Shown here piece after piece: positions 1 through 14,919 of a stretch of 64,000 bases of DNA. The notes under the pieces were generated by a model. It did no database searches, was not told the origin of the DNA, and saw nothing but the letters and a program-made list of their open reading frames with translations. The stretch is from the NCBI GenBank assembly GCA_951406725.2, contig OX597822.1:29574001-29638000 (forward strand), read 5' to 3'. The position numbers were made by a program, and so were the translations under genes. Numbering within the stretch: the stretch's first letter is position 1; every line of letters begins with the position of its first letter. This DNA comes from Octopus vulgaris. Lineage: Eukaryota.

Positions 1-185
1 CGCTATTGTTGTTACCTTTACCACGTCAACACAAATTACACGAGCTAGAAATGACACGTTTACATGCCCACTTGAACAACTGGAAATAGTAACCAAATAA
101 TCCTCAAATCATATTTTTCTTGAAAAATAAAATTAAAAAAAAATAACGCTTGGAGACATTACAAAGTGTAGTCCTGGATACACTA

Positions 186-477
186 TTGTTTGTTTCCTCT
201 CGAGCCATGCCTGGCTCATAAGGGTCGGTTTCCCGGTTTCCTTGGCGTATAGGTCCGTCGCCGGTCCGTCCAGGTGAGCTGCAAGATGCAGGAGGAAAGA
301 GTGAGAGAAAGTTGTGGCGAAAGAGTCAGCAGAAGTTCGCCATTACTTTCTGCCGGAGCCGCGTGAAGCTTAGGTGTTTCGTTCATAAACACACACACAT
401 TGCCCGGTCTGAGATTCGAACCCGTGATCCCTCGACCGCGAGTCCGCTGCTCTAACCATTAGGCCATTTGCCTCCAC
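186..477 (-). mobile_element. tRNA-derived SINE, family C
   Basis: Minus strand starts GTGGAGGCAAATGGCCTAATGGTTAGAGCAGCGGACTCGCGG...GGGTTCGAATCTC (A/B boxes); near-identical copy at 33855-34148, related head at 57280. Confidence 0.8.
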
Positions 478-1189
478 AGATACACTATAACTGACAAAAA
501 AAAAGACGTTTTGAACAGAACTGGAATGCTTGAGTCCAAAATACGTTTGCTCGATCAGTACTGATCTAAGAATAAACAGAAGTGACCAGAACAACAACAA
601 CGACAACAATAATACCAACAAAAACACTGGCAATAATTGAGGAACTGCATCGTTAACATAAACACTAAGTAATGGCAGCATAACGGATAACATAGTATAG
701 GGATGTAGTCCATCAACGTGCTAGAAATAGCTGTCAGATTTCCTTTACATTGCATCAAATATTTTTATAGGGGGACACATTGGAAAATGCAATACAGTAT
801 AAGTAATATTTGAAAATAGGCAATATGATGAAGGATGGACTGATTTTGATCGTAGATCTGTTTGATTGGGACTGACCTGGCGATAAACAGTAACAGCAGC
901 AAAAAAAAAAAAAAAAAAGCTGCAGCAACGCCAGCAGTGACCCTAGCTGCTGAGAACTACCAGAATTTCAGCAACACCAATTCTGTCTTCGAGTGAAAAT
1001 ATGTATTATGAAGAGAGTTGTGGTTGTTGTTGAACCTTAGATAAGCTATGTTCAAGCAGACAAGGTCAACGGCATTCTAGACAGGAACAGTTCGTCGTCT
1101 TTTTCTAAGTAACTCCTCCATCCCCGAATTAGAATCACATTATTGAACGTGTTATTTTTCCAAGTCCAAGTCTCAACTTTCGCAAAATT

Positions 1190-1490
1190 TATTGGGGACG
1201 TGGATAATACTTTCCTCTCTGTACTCGCCTTCCTCCTCAAGCAGTACTTGATGAAATTGTTGAAGGCTTGTCGTTAGAAGTATGGCTCTGTCTCCAGACC
1301 TTTCATCCGACTTCCTTTGCAATAGCAATCAGAATGAGGAAATCTATTCGCTCTTCTTTGCCAAAAGACAACGGTAGTTCTATTTTCTTGAAGGATTCGG
1401 CAATCAACCAAGACAAAAATGTCATAAGTTTTCGGATGTCGGGTGCAGTGGGTATTTATTTTGTCAACTCTGGGGCAATAAAAGTAAAGT
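1190..1490 (-). mobile_element. Degenerate L1/Tx1-clade LINE ORF2 C-terminal fragment
   Basis: Frameshifted translation YCPRVDK...SFGKEERIDFLILIAIAKEV..RMKGLETE...LRRKASTERKVLS aligns by eye with the LINE C-terminus at 62280-62520 (CPRIADLW...SFGREERATFLCLVDMAKEVVWWTRLKGLKT). Confidence 0.65.
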
Positions 1491-1539
1491 TGACACCGAA
1501 TTGAAATTGAATTCGGAGCCATGTGACATAATGATATAA

Positions 1540-2160
1540 TTGTTTCTAACTTAGGCATAATACTAACAATTCTAAAGGAAATCGATACCACCAACTCCAG
1601 TAATTTACTGACACATTGTTTTATCTCACCCGGAAGGATAAAAGGATAAGTTGACTTAACGGGGTTTGAACTCGGAACGTAAAGAGTTGTAAGAAATATT
1701 AGGGACATTTCTTCTGATGCTCTAACTCGCCGTTACATAATCTAATTGTTTCTGATTAAGACACAAGACTAGCAATTTTAAGGGGTGTGTTAATGGATAC
1801 CAGTGACCTAAGCACTTGATTGGTACTTTATTTTATCGGCCCCGGAGGAACGAAAAGTAGAACAGACCTCGGCCAGATTTGGATCCAGAACATAAAGTGC
1901 CGTAAAGACACTGTAAATCATTTCGCCTGACGCTCTGACGATTCTACCAACTCGCCGCCTTCATTAAGTGGCATTATATAATCCTTTCTGCCATAGGCAC
2001 AAAGCCTGGAATTTTGGCGGGGTGGGGTATCTATTTAATCAACCCAGAAAGGATGAAAAAAAGCAAAGTAGACCTCGGCCGAATTTGAACTCAGAGCGTA
2101 AAGAAATACCAGTAAGGATTTTGCTCGGTGTACTAACGATTCTGCCAACTTGGTGCCTTA
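1540..2160 (-). mobile_element. Cluster of three diverged family A SINEs
   Basis: Repeated GAAAGGATGAAA...GACCTCGGCNGAATTTGAACTCAGA-type blocks, reverse complement of the SINE at 24918-25119. Confidence 0.65.
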
Positions 2161-3175
2161 TAAAGCGACATTATACAATAATGTTAATAAGAATGCATTC
2201 TCCTGAGTATACAGTCATTCGGTCAACTGAACTACCTGCTCATTGAATTTGCGTCAAGTGGTGGAGTATTCCACATACATGTGTATCGTTAAGGCAATTC
2301 TAAAGTAGAATCACAAGATGTGATAAGGATACATCTTTGAATCAGAAGTGCAATCCATTCAACGGGCTTTTGCGCAGTTCAGTTTTTTTGTCCATGTAGG
2401 TTACAGTAGGATTTGAACTCAGAAGGTTATAAGCTGTAGCAAATACCGTAAGGCCTCTGGCTCAACGGTCTCACAGTTCCATTAATCAACAACCAGACTT
2501 GATTGTCAATGTTTTTTAAGTGTCACCCGCTCCCATCCCCGAAATGATGAACGGAAATCTATTCCCCGGTGAGTTTCGAACTTAGAGGGTGGAGCTTCAG
2601 GGCAAATACTGGCGAGGCATTCTGACGACGCTGCTAATTCGCCGCCGGGCTGTTTGCTTGCACGTGTCTCGAAGTAAAGTATTTTCTGTTTCATTAATAG
2701 TTCTAATGATAACGACCGTGGTGGTAGGTTGCTTTAAGACAACTTCTCATCCTACTTTAATGTAATTACTACGTTTATTATGTGGTCTATAATTCATAAG
2801 TTACTATTTTCGTGTTAGGTTGTTAGAGAGTTTCATCATACGTTACAATCTACATCCTGTCATATGACGACATTCTTCCTAACTCTTTCGCTGTCACTGC
2901 CGTTTGTCTGGTTGTCTGTCTGTCTGTCTGTCTCTCTATCTGTCTCTCTATCTACATGCCTATCTATCTTATATATATAAGATAGATAGGCATATAAAAC
3001 TTATTATCTGTCTGTCTATCTTATATATATATTTAGTTAAAGTAATTTATATATAGTTCTATATTTAAGAGATGAGGAATTATGTACATTATTTACATTT
3101 GACGGATATTTATCCTCATCTTGTTCGTTGTTAACACTACGTTTCGGCTGATATACCCTCCAGCCTTCATCACTT

Positions 3176-3697
3176 ATGAAGAAAAGAGAGGATGAAACTA
3201 ATAAACTGTCCACAGTCTGTCTACCCTATGTGAAAGGCCTCTCCGAAAAGATACAAAAGATATGCGGCCCATATGACACCAGGACAGTATTCAAGAGTAA
3301 TACAACACTTCGCAAATATCTCCTTCGAGTAAAACCACTAAAAGAGGAGAATATGACCAAAGACTGCGTGTACTCCATCCCATGCAGCTGTGGTCGGTTA
3401 TACAAAGGCGAAACATGCAGCCCCCTCAAAATAAGGGTAGACGAACTTCGCAAAGCTGCGACACGAAGAGATATTGATAAATCGGGTATAGCTGATCATG
3501 TATGGAAAAATGGAGACCACCTCCCCCTGTGGGATGAAGTTAAAATAATAGACAGAGAACACCACTGGAAAATACGAAAACTAAAAGAAGCAGCACATAT
3601 GCTAGGACACAACAACCGCCTAAGCAGACCGAGTGCAGATATGAACAGTGTATGGGAACCGGTATTAAGGAAGGATAGGAAAATATTAGATTTATAA
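3176..3697 (+). pseudogene. PLE C-terminal linker + GIY-YIG endonuclease fragment
   Basis: VCLPYVKGLSEKI...CVYSIPCSCGRLYKGET...SGIADHVW...RKLKEA motifs match Penelope/Poseidon-type endonuclease; the RT domain is absent. Confidence 0.85.
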
Positions 3698-3726
3698 GCC
3701 CTAAAATTCACTCCATTATTGCCCAC

Positions 3727-3799
3727 GGGCATATAGCGTAGCGGTTAAGAGCGCTGGCTACTAACCCAAAGATCCGAGTTCGATTCCAGGCAATGACTT
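3727..3799 (+). promoter_or_regulatory. tRNA-like Pol III head (A and B boxes) inside the PLE 3' region
   Basis: GGGCATATAGCGTAGCGGTTAAGAGCGCTGGCTACTAACCC...GAGTTCGATTCC, followed by (AAT)n. Confidence 0.55.
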
Positions 3800-3913
3800 G
3801 AATAATAATAATAATAATAATGATAATAATAATAATAATGATAATAATAATGATAATAATAATGATATTAATAATAATAATATCGAAAAATACTTTAGGA
3901 ATGAGAACCCAAT

Positions 3914-3957
3914 ACGCCTGAAGAAGGCTGGAGGGTATATCAACCGAAACGTTGTGT
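3914..3957 (+). ncRNA. Minimal type I hammerhead ribozyme motif
   Basis: acgc CTGAAGA a ggctg..caacc GAAAC GTT gtgt; the inverted copy (about 3136-3172, minus) has perfect stem II GGCTG/CAGCC. Confidence 0.7.
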
Positions 3958-4446
3958 TAACAACAAACAAGATGAGCACAAATATCCGTCAAATGTAAAT
4001 AATGTAATTTATATATATTCAACGGGGGTATGACTCACTATGCATCACATGTATGGAACTAGTCTATCTACAAGTGGTATGGGTACATTTCATTTTAAGG
4101 TTACTTCCTATGTTTATTTTAATTCTCACAATTCATGGAGTGTTTATTTAAATAAACCCTCCTTGAATAATATAAACTAAAAATATATATAATAACCTAA
4201 ACTATCAACAAATAAGACCAATACATCTAAATAAAAAAAAATTCTCACAACTAAATAGTACAAGTTAAATAAATATATTGATTTGTATTCTTTCTAATAT
4301 GTAATATTTCAATTTCTATTCCTTTCTCAAATGAGTAGAAAAAGGAGTGGGTAGTCAGCCTTTCTAAAACCGAACAAATTAAGGGAAATGGCAGTATGAC
4401 CCAGTACCTCAAAACCACAATTAGCCATTGTCCAACTTTCCTTTTT

Positions 4447-4493
<47 letters not shown>

Positions 4494-4765
4494 TAGAAGG
4501 TTTGGCGGTGATGTACAGGTATTAGAAGAAATAAGTCAATCAGAAATCTGGATGGTTTTATATTTACAGATTTTTATTAATATGTCACATGTTTTTATAA
4601 ATCATATATTAGCGCTTGCATCTACTCTAGATTCAAATCTCCAGATTTGAATCTGGTGATTCTACTAGAGTAGATGCAAGCGCTAATATATGATTTATAA
4701 AAACATGTGACATATTAAAAAATCTGTAAATATAAAACCATCCAGATTTCTGATTGCCTTATTTC

Positions 4766-4773
<8 letters not shown>
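4494..4773. repeat. Fold-back element between (TA)n tracts
   Basis: Inverted arms about 4520-4630 / 4665-4773, small internal hairpin AGATTCAAATCT-CC-AGATTTGAATCT; related copy at 29078-29263. Confidence 0.85.
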
Positions 4774-4813
<40 letters not shown>

Positions 4814-4881
4814 GATTCAAAACGTGTCTGCGTGTGTATCATTGGCGATTTTTCCCTTCTTTGCGTCTTTCATTTTCCTAT

Positions 4882-4916
4882 GTTTCTGATGAAGAGCTCC
4901 GCTCGAAACGTTAAAC
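4882..4916 (+). ncRNA. Minimal type I hammerhead motif in a ~210-bp (TA)n-flanked element (4812-5020)
   Basis: gttt CTGATGA a GAGC tcc GCTC GAAAC GTT aaac; same family on the minus strand at 22027-22238. Confidence 0.8.
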
Positions 4917-5015
4917 CCTCCTTCTTTCCTTCTTACCAGAGCGTCCTATAATACTATACTTGTTCCACGTCCTCGCTTTGTTGTGTTTTCTCTTTGTGTT
5001 TTCGTGTTTGGATTA

Positions 5016-5082
<67 letters not shown>

Positions 5083-5293
5083 TCAAGTGTGTGTGTGCGT
5101 GTATATATATGCGATCATTTCGGCGTCTGACATGTGGCACCCAGTTGCACCTGTACAGGTAATGTCGATTTGATTGAGGAATGAGCTTATGTCTACACAA
5201 ACACCTGATGACTATAAACAAATCGTCTCTGTGGTTGTTCGGTAAGAAATTGTCGAACTCTCATACGTCGTCTAACGACGGGAAAGGAAAGTC

Positions 5294-6369
<1,076 letters not shown>

Positions 6370-6390
6370 TATATGTATATATATATATAT

Positions 6391-6679
6391 AACTAATGTA
6401 GGATAAAATTTTTATCAATGGCCAGCATATCAAAAAATACCTTTAAAGTTTAAATTTATAAATACTTTACAAAATAAGGGCAAAAGAAAAATTCTAATGC
6501 TAAATATGCCGAAAAAAAGACAAAATTGTCAATAACCATTATAATTTATGCGTCTCGAAACAAACCCAAATTTCTATCGGTTTGTTTCGAGACGCATAAA
6601 TTATAATGGTTATTGACAATTTTGTCTATTTTTCGGCATATTTGGCATTAGAATTTTTCTTTTGCCCTTATTTTGTAAA

Positions 6680-6682
<3 letters not shown>
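6391..6682. repeat. Fold-back element between (TA)n tracts
   Basis: ~104-bp near-perfect inverted arms 6463-6566 / 6579-6682 with a 12-nt spacer and a one-sided extension. Confidence 0.85.
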
Positions 6683-6732
<50 letters not shown>

Positions 6733-7204
6733 CGTGTATGTATACATATAAGTGCTGAGACGTTATACATACACACATACGCGCGCACAAACACAAACAG
6801 ACACACACACACACAGAATGGAGAGAGATTATTATTACGATGTCGTGTCAAGGTTGTCTTTACCAATGATACAAGCGGCATAGTAAATACTTAAATGGCC
6901 TGGGGTCGACTTTGCTTCATGAGAAGAGTGTTAAAACTTCCCTTGGCTTACTATCCTTTTTTCTCTCTCCTACTGTAAAACTGGATGCCAAGAACAATCT
7001 ATGCATTGTTGTTCACTGGGGTTACAATTCCAAGGAAAACTATTAAGTCGCAACATAAATATGTAACAATGTAAGTCTATTGTATAGCTCTGTATTCAAT
7101 TCATTCTAAAAGGAAAAGAAAACTCGATTGTAGTACATAAGTAAAATGTCAGGATCGCTACCATGTAAACGAAGCTTTCAGTCTTAAGAAACCGACATAA
7201 AAAT

Positions 7205-7393
7205 TTCACACCGGATGAAATGCTTAGCGATATTTCGTCTGTCTTTACGTTCTGAGTTCAAATTCTGCCGAGGTCGACTTTTGCCTTCCACCTTTTGGGG
7301 TCGATAATTTAAGTACTAATTGTGTCCTGGAATTGATCTAATCGACTGGTCCCCTTTCCCCAAAATTTCGGGCCTTGTGCCTTGAGTAGAAAA

Positions 7394-7396
<3 letters not shown>
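7205..7396 (+). mobile_element. Family A SINE (tail type 1)
   Basis: GAAATGCTTAGCG...GTTCTGAGTTCAAATTC...GGGTCGATAA...CCCCAAAATTTCGGGCCTTGTGCC. Confidence 0.75.
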
Positions 7397-7438
<42 letters not shown>

Positions 7439-7481
7439 CATACAAATATATACATATACATATATATATATACATATACAT

Positions 7482-7523
<42 letters not shown>

Positions 7524-7581
7524 CACACGCACACATACACACACACGTGTGTGTGTGCATATATATATATATTATATATAG

Positions 7582-7619
<38 letters not shown>

Positions 7620-7620
<1 letters not shown>

Positions 7621-8526
7621 TACATATGTAGGAAATTCTGTCTGGGGGTGTGTTTGTGGAGTTGTTAGCAAACTCCTCCTACATAGTTTTATCGATTTTG
7701 ATGAAACTTGACACGTGAGTAGAACTCATGTCTGGAAATCTCAAGGCATACTCAGATTGTTGAAAAAAATCGATAATGGGGCCCCTAGCAAGGTTCCTTA
7801 TATATGTCTAATATATTTCATTTTAACAGTCAAGGGAAATAACGCATTCACCCAGATTTTAACAGCCAAGGAAAATAACCCATTCAGTTTTCTTAATTCG
7901 TTTGTTATAAATCAAATTGAATATGCTTATTTCTTAGTATTTGAACTGTTAGAGTTATTTTCGCAATTTATCCAGTACAACCCTTAAACAAGTAAATAGT
8001 ATTTTCCTAAACAATAGATCCACTTATTTTGGTTAGCAATTTATTCATAAATATACCAACACTAGCGCCGCTGAAGGTAATATTCTCTGGGAACGCACAA
8101 AAGCCCTTTTCAGAGTTATTTACTTTGAATTGTTATTATCTCATATATCTGATTAGCATGTTATTACATAACATGCTTCACGATTTTAGTATACATACCT
8201 TATTAGTATTTCCTCCTAAGTTCTATATACTCTGGGGACGCATTAAAACCCTTTTCGGGGCTACTTTATTTGAATTCTTACTATCAGGTAACTAATTTCA
8301 TGTTATTACATAACTGACTTCACAATTTGGGTATTCATAATTTACTGGGAATTCCTAAAAATAAGATCCTGTGTAAGACAGTTCGGTATTCTGCATAAAT
8401 GCACACAAAACCGTTTTAAGGGCTACATACTTTGTATTGTTGCTATTGGTTTAACGAAGCTGTTTTGAGAACGGAATCAAGAGATAAGCCCCGCTTTCCC
8501 GGGAATTACAGAGTACGTCAGCTAGT
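7620..8526 (-). mobile_element. Possible non-autonomous Helitron/Helentron-like element
   Basis: Minus strand begins ACTAGCTGACGTAC...CCCGGG, other end has the CAAGTTTCATCAAAATCG block typical of DINE/HINE-like elements; similar ACTAGC starts at 16313 and 57690. Confidence 0.4.
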
Positions 8527-8552
8527 ATATATATATATGCATATTCACATAA

Positions 8553-8848
8553 GGGCGCATAGTTTAAATGTTGCAGTTTTGTGTTGGGGTGTTGCACTCA
8601 CGATCGCGAGATTGTGGCTTCAATTCCTGGACCGGGTGGTGTGTTGTGCTCTTGAGCAAAACACTTCATCTTGCGTTGCTCTGCGATCACTTCGACACCT
8701 GACGTGTGGTACACAGTGCACCTGTACAGGTAACATCATTTTGATGGAGAGACTGAGCTAATGTACAGACATTTGATTACTACAGACAAATCAGTTCTGA
8801 AGGTCTTTCAGCAAAGGCTCTTACCATTCTCTTAGACGGGAGATTCCA
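8553..8848 (+). mobile_element. SINE-like repeat, family D
   Basis: GCGATCACTTCGACACCTGACGTGTGGTACACAGTGCACCTGTACAGGTAA block shared with 5105-5295 and 35770-36058. Confidence 0.6.
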
Positions 8849-8870
8849 TCATATATACATGGACATACGA

Positions 8871-8952
8871 GCTTCGATGGCCGATTGGTGAAGACGTTGG
8901 ACTCGAAATTCGACGGGTAATATCTTAACCGGTTCGAATCCTATTCGTAGCA
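8871..8952 (+). pseudogene. tRNA-Ser(CGA)-like pseudogene
   Basis: 82 nt: GCTTCGA acceptor pairing with TCGTAGC, TGGCCGA..TGG D-arm, TTGGA-CT-CGA-AA-TTCGA anticodon arm, long variable arm, GGTTCGAATCC; several stem mismatches. Confidence 0.7.
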
Positions 8953-9139
8953 TTATTTCTATCGTCGCAGGCGTGGCTGTGAGGTAAGAAATTTGCTTCG
9001 CAACCATATGGGTTTCATGTTCTGCCCCACACGCTGGTATTTTCGGCAAGTGCCTCCTACAGTAGCTCCGGGTCGAGTAAAACCTTGTGTGTGGATCTTA
9101 TAGACGGAAACCAAGAGAACCGTGTATGTGTATGTACAA

Positions 9140-9191
<52 letters not shown>

Positions 9192-9358
9192 CCTACCTAT
9201 CGCAGTTTCCGTCAGAGTAGAAATCACTTATTCAAGATGCTGTGTAGTGGGACCGAACTCGAAACCGCATGGTTGCAAATCGTGCTTCTTATTCACACAC
9301 ATACACCCCACAGAAACACAACCCCCACACACAAACACATACACACACACATATATGA

Positions 9359-9410
<52 letters not shown>

Positions 9411-9757
9411 GAGAGAGAGAACTATAGTTCATGTGAATAATACGTTGTAGGAAAGGAAAGAAAGGAAAGTCGGCGATTGTGATCCTTCATATGAAATTAT
9501 TATTGTTGGGCCGCTTTTTTTAACATTCAGAGTATTCGAATGAATGAAGACTTAACGACTGGATTGCTGCTTGTGTCTGTGAGGTCAAGCAAGCTACCCA
9601 ACTATTCATAAAAAACAAACAAACAAACTCTCTTTTGTTTGACTTACTCTTTCTTGAATAGGTGACATTCCTATCACCTTTACGTTCTTTTTCTTCTTCA
9701 CCGGACTCTCTATTATTATAATAATGGCCGTCAAACGTCAAGTAAAAAAAAAAATGT

Positions 9758-9818
<61 letters not shown>

Positions 9819-10401
9819 TGATGATGATGATGATGATGATGATAAATGTTTTTTGTTCTTGTGTATGTAGGAAAGGAATCAAAAGGTATCATAATTGTTG
9901 GATATAAATACAGAGCTTGGACTAAATTCCAACGCAGCTAGGGAGAAGAGGGGGAAAAAAAAAAGAACAGGTAAAGTAAAAATGAGATCGAGAAGGCATA
10001 GTTTATAAATTATAGGGGACTTAGAAAGACGAAAATAATTTACGGAATACAAGTTAAGGATGTTGTAAAGACGACGATAGGACGGAGAAATTGTTGGTGT
10101 GCTGGGTAGGATGTTTGTGTCAGGATGTTGTGTATGTGAATGTACAAATTGTAGTTATGTCTACGTATGTGCGTGAATTCGAGCGCGCGTGTGTATGTGC
10201 TTGTGTATATATTTTGTGACTGATTTTGTGTTAGTCTGTATATGTGTATATGCTTTGTTACTTTCAGAGTTGGTAACGTACCAGTCAGGTACTGGAGCCG
10301 ATGGTATCGCCTTATGACCTTAATTGCTGGCTTTGTGCCTAAATCAAATAATTTCCGTGTGTTTGCACGTCTATATTTGTGTGCATGCATGTACCAACAT
10401 T

Positions 10402-10459
<58 letters not shown>

Positions 10460-10470
10460 CGTGCGTGTGC

Positions 10471-10510
<40 letters not shown>

Positions 10511-10799
10511 ATGTGGTAATGTGTGTATGTGTGTGTGCTCGCCCATCTCTGATTCCGTTCGATTTACATCTCTCACACCGACATATTTGTGCTCTTAAAA
10601 ATATCGATTCGCAAGCAATAGATCCCAGGTTCGATCTCACAGCGCGTTATCTTGAACCTTAGCCTTGGTAGGAAACTTGGGTAGACTGAAGCTGTATAGA
10701 AATATATTCGATGGATAACTGTACTGGTAATCCAATGACCGAGCCATGTCATATTATTTTTGCTTGATGGTTATTACGTTTAATTACGGTAAGGGTACA

Positions 10800-11410
10800 C
10801 AAGGCAGAAACGTGGTAGAATCCTCAGCCCGCCGGACAAAATGCTTCGCGGCATTTGTTCCGGTTCTTTACGGGGTCGATGAAATAAATCTCAGTCGAGC
10901 ACTTGGACGATATAATCGACTAGCCTCTTCCACTTTTAAATTTCTGGTCTTCTGCTTCTTGAAGAAAGGATTATGTTAAGAGTAAACAAGGCACTAATAT
11001 GGCAGAATCGTTAGCTCACCGGATAAAATGCTTAGCAACATTTCGCTCATATTTACGTTCTGAGTTCTAATTTCGCTGAGGTCGACTATGACATTCATCC
11101 TTTCGGGGTCGATGAAATAAGTATCAGTTTAAGCACTAGAGTTGATGTAATCGACTATCCCACCTCTTCCAAAATTTTAGGCCGTGTACTCACAATAGAA
11201 AGGAAGTTTGCATTTTATTATTTTAAGGGTACAGAGGGTGGCAAAGTGGCAGAATCTTTAGCGCGTCAGATAAAACGCATAGAGGCTTTTCGTCCGTCGA
11301 CTTTGTTTTTCATCCTTTCGTGGGTCGACGAAAGCAGTAAGTACTGGAATCGATGAAATCGACTAGCCCCTTCCCCTAAAAATTGCTAGCCTGTGCCAAA
11401 ATTAGGTAGA
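10800..11410 (+). mobile_element. Three consecutive diverged family A SINEs
   Basis: Repeated TGGCAGAATC..TTAGC heads and CATCCTTTCGGGGTCGATGAAATAAGT bodies. Confidence 0.65.
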
Positions 11411-12516
11411 ATTATATTAAGGGTGCATTTGTGAATTGGAATTCGCAGCTATATATGTATTATGAAAAGGTAGTTAATCTGGTTGAACAACTGGAAGAAT
11501 AGTCGTCGTCGAAGCAGACGGAGATCCATTTACTAGTGCAGGGTTTTTTTGTTGCAGTCAAGCCATTGTTTAAACAAGTTCTAACAGGTTTCTAGATGTA
11601 GTTTGATTACAGTGTTATAAGGTAAGTTGATATTAAGAGTGTCAACAAATGAAATACAGCCGGAACAAAGATGGAGAAGAACTATTGGGTTGCATCAATG
11701 TTTAATATCAGAGCAGCAGAAAATAGAAGGATATGTGCTTTTGTATTTGCGTGTAGGTGCTGTATGTGTGTGTATGTGTGTGTTTGTGTGTGTTTGTGTA
11801 TGAGAAAGATTAGGAAAAGGAAAAACTGGAAAGAGCTGGAAAAGCGTATGGAGAGGTGGAGAGATATAAAATATTGATTAAAAGAAATATAAACAACGGG
11901 GAAAGGAAAGTGAGAACTTATACAGAGAGGAGAAAAAGAGAAAGCGAGAACTAAAGTACAGACTTTGCTAATACAAAGCGAAAATGTCTGTCTGTCTGTC
12001 TAAATGTATTCATGCATACATTTATAACGTATAAATACAAAATATAACCAGCTCTGAAAGTGCACAGTTATATATTTAGTCATAAGCGTTCAACTCCATG
12101 ATCGTTCTGCTTTTTATTTTCAGGTATAGTGTATCTAGGACTACATTATTCAATGTATAAAATTCTAGATGTACATATATAGGGCTCAGGCGTAGTTGCC
12201 TTCTACTGTAGCCTCGGGCTGACCCAAGACTTGTGAGTGGATTTGGTAAACGGAAACTGAAAGAAGCTCGTCGTATATATATATATAATATTAGGGAGTA
12301 TGGTTACAAACTTACAGGGAAAAACTAGATTTAGTATTAAATTATATTATTATTAGATTTAGTATTAAATTAATATTATATTAATTATATTAATATTATT
12401 TGTTATTTATTTATTGGTTATGTCTATCACTGTTTGAGTTGCCTAATAGTGGTATTATCTCTAATTCATATTTTATATATATATACCACACACACACACA
12501 CACATACATGTATATG

Positions 12517-12603
<87 letters not shown>

Positions 12604-13262
12604 ACCTTTGTGTCTGCTTTCTCCCACCCACAACCGCTTAACAACCAGTACTGGTGTGCTGGAACTTAGCGGTTTGGCAAGACACTGACAGAATAAGTAC
12701 CAGGCTTCAAAAAAAGAATGGGTACTTGAGTCGATATATTCGACTAAAAATTCTTCAAGACGGTGCACCAGCATGGCCGCAGTCTGAAGACTAAAACAAG
12801 TAAAAGATAAAATATAAAAAATGTATATCTAAGACGTAATACTAAAGGTATTATATAATCCCTTTTTTTAAGACAACACGGTGTGATTTGAGGGAGATAT
12901 GGCTGTTACTTTTAATAGTTCCTATTTTATTCACACTTAATTAATACACCTCGAAAATACATTATAAACTATTGTTCTAGATCCAGGAGTATAAATTATA
13001 ATAAACTCTCGATGTTTTCGAAGTCTACGGTTACGTATCGACCTTTGCTTAAAACATTTTGTCATTAATTATATAGCAGTTGTGTTTTTTTTTCTTTTCA
13101 TGATTTTAGATATCTTAAACATCACTTTTCCACTTTGTTCCCGGATATAATTCTCAAGTTTCACGCTTATATAACAGAATTATGATTTAGTAAGGTTTGA
13201 TTTAGCTGCTGAATTTCTAATATGTGTGTGTGTGTGTGTGCGTGAGATCGATAGAGAGAGAA

Positions 13263-13317
<55 letters not shown>

Positions 13318-13350
13318 GATAGATTGAGAGAGACAGAGAAACAGAGACAG

Positions 13351-13429
<79 letters not shown>

Positions 13430-14652
13430 AAGAGAGAGAGAGAAAGAGAGAGATAGAGATAACGCTATAATATCTTAGCTAAAATCTAGAATCTGAGATA
13501 ACCGTTGTGGGTCCGCGTCGACGACAAGTAATTGAAAGGAAATAGTAAAATTTATTGATATTATAAATATTATTTATATTCTGGGGGATTCATCCTGACA
13601 GTAAAACATTCATTACTTGTAGTTCACTTCTTTGCTGTTGAATAATTAGTTGAGTGATTTATTAATTATTCATTGATCTGTCAAATGGTATCAAATTTGA
13701 AGATTTGCTATTGCATAGGGTAACATACATTATGGCACTTGTTTCTGCGCTCTACGTACCAATCCTACGTAGATTAAATGTGTCCTTAATTATTTTGGTA
13801 TACTGAATTGGGTTTCGGCGTTCCTTTTGACACATGAAAAAAAAAAAGCAAAAGCAACTGGTCTTTCGGGGGCCGGTGGTAGGAATGGAAAGTCCTTAAA
13901 GAAAGTCTTCAAGTATTTCATTTGGTCACTCTTATTGCCTGTACACCAGCTAGCGGGTGAGACTGCCATGAGATTTTCAAGGCCTATACCTTGAAACAAG
14001 GAAAAATTTGTTTAAGTTTTAGTTAAAATTTGAAGCCATTTCAAGATCCTCCTCTTTCTGCAAAGAGGATATAGGAAATTCCACAGTTGTGTGGCAAAAG
14101 GCTTCGACAAACAAATCATTGACAAGTAAATAGACCAACTTATTAATTAACAATACAGAAGAAGTAAAATACAACCAATGCATGTGTTTAATTGGCAGAG
14201 TGACCGTCTCAAAGTATAACAATATCTGTTTCTCCACAGGATTTCATCAAAAGAATCTTGCGCAACAGTGCATCTATTTCATTACTATTTTCTTAGTAAT
14301 AGCTTATTTGTGTTTATGGTTTTTGAGTTCGAATTGGACGAAATCCATCGCGAGGTTGTGGTGTGATTGGATACGTTGCTTTTAATTGTTCTACAGTCTC
14401 ATCATGATGCAAAGTAAAGTCAACCTCGGTGGAATTTGAACACAGAACTTAGAGACTGACGAAATACCACTAAGCAATTTGCCTGGCATGACAACGATTC
14501 TATCAGCTTGACGCTTTAACATCAACAACAACAACAACAACAACAATATTAATATGATCTGTGTTGACCCAGTCAACACAAATCATATGGTAATAAAAAA
14601 AGACTAATTCTATCATTGTTACTACTTAACACGCACATACACCCGCACAAAC

Positions 14653-14794
<142 letters not shown>

Positions 14795-14848
14795 ATGTCT
14801 GTCTGTCTTCAAATACGTATATCTCAATGTTTGTGTGAATATATATGC

Positions 14849-14919
<71 letters not shown>

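Larger units (their letters stand above)
3085..4006 (+). mobile_element. 5'-truncated Penelope-like element with inverted pseudo-LTR copies
   Basis: GIY-YIG ORF flanked by ~88-bp inverted repeats (3085-3172 / 3919-4006) that carry a hammerhead core; typical PLE architecture. Confidence 0.85.

Noticed and set aside
5204-5225. CTGATGA in SINE family D, and CTGAAGA/CTGACGA in the (AAT)n element
   Set aside because: No properly placed stem II, GAAA and NUH, so not called hammerheads.
13790-14237. Non-repetitive minus-strand ORFs
   Set aside because: No recognisable motifs or convincing splice signals; partly overlaps a decayed repeat.
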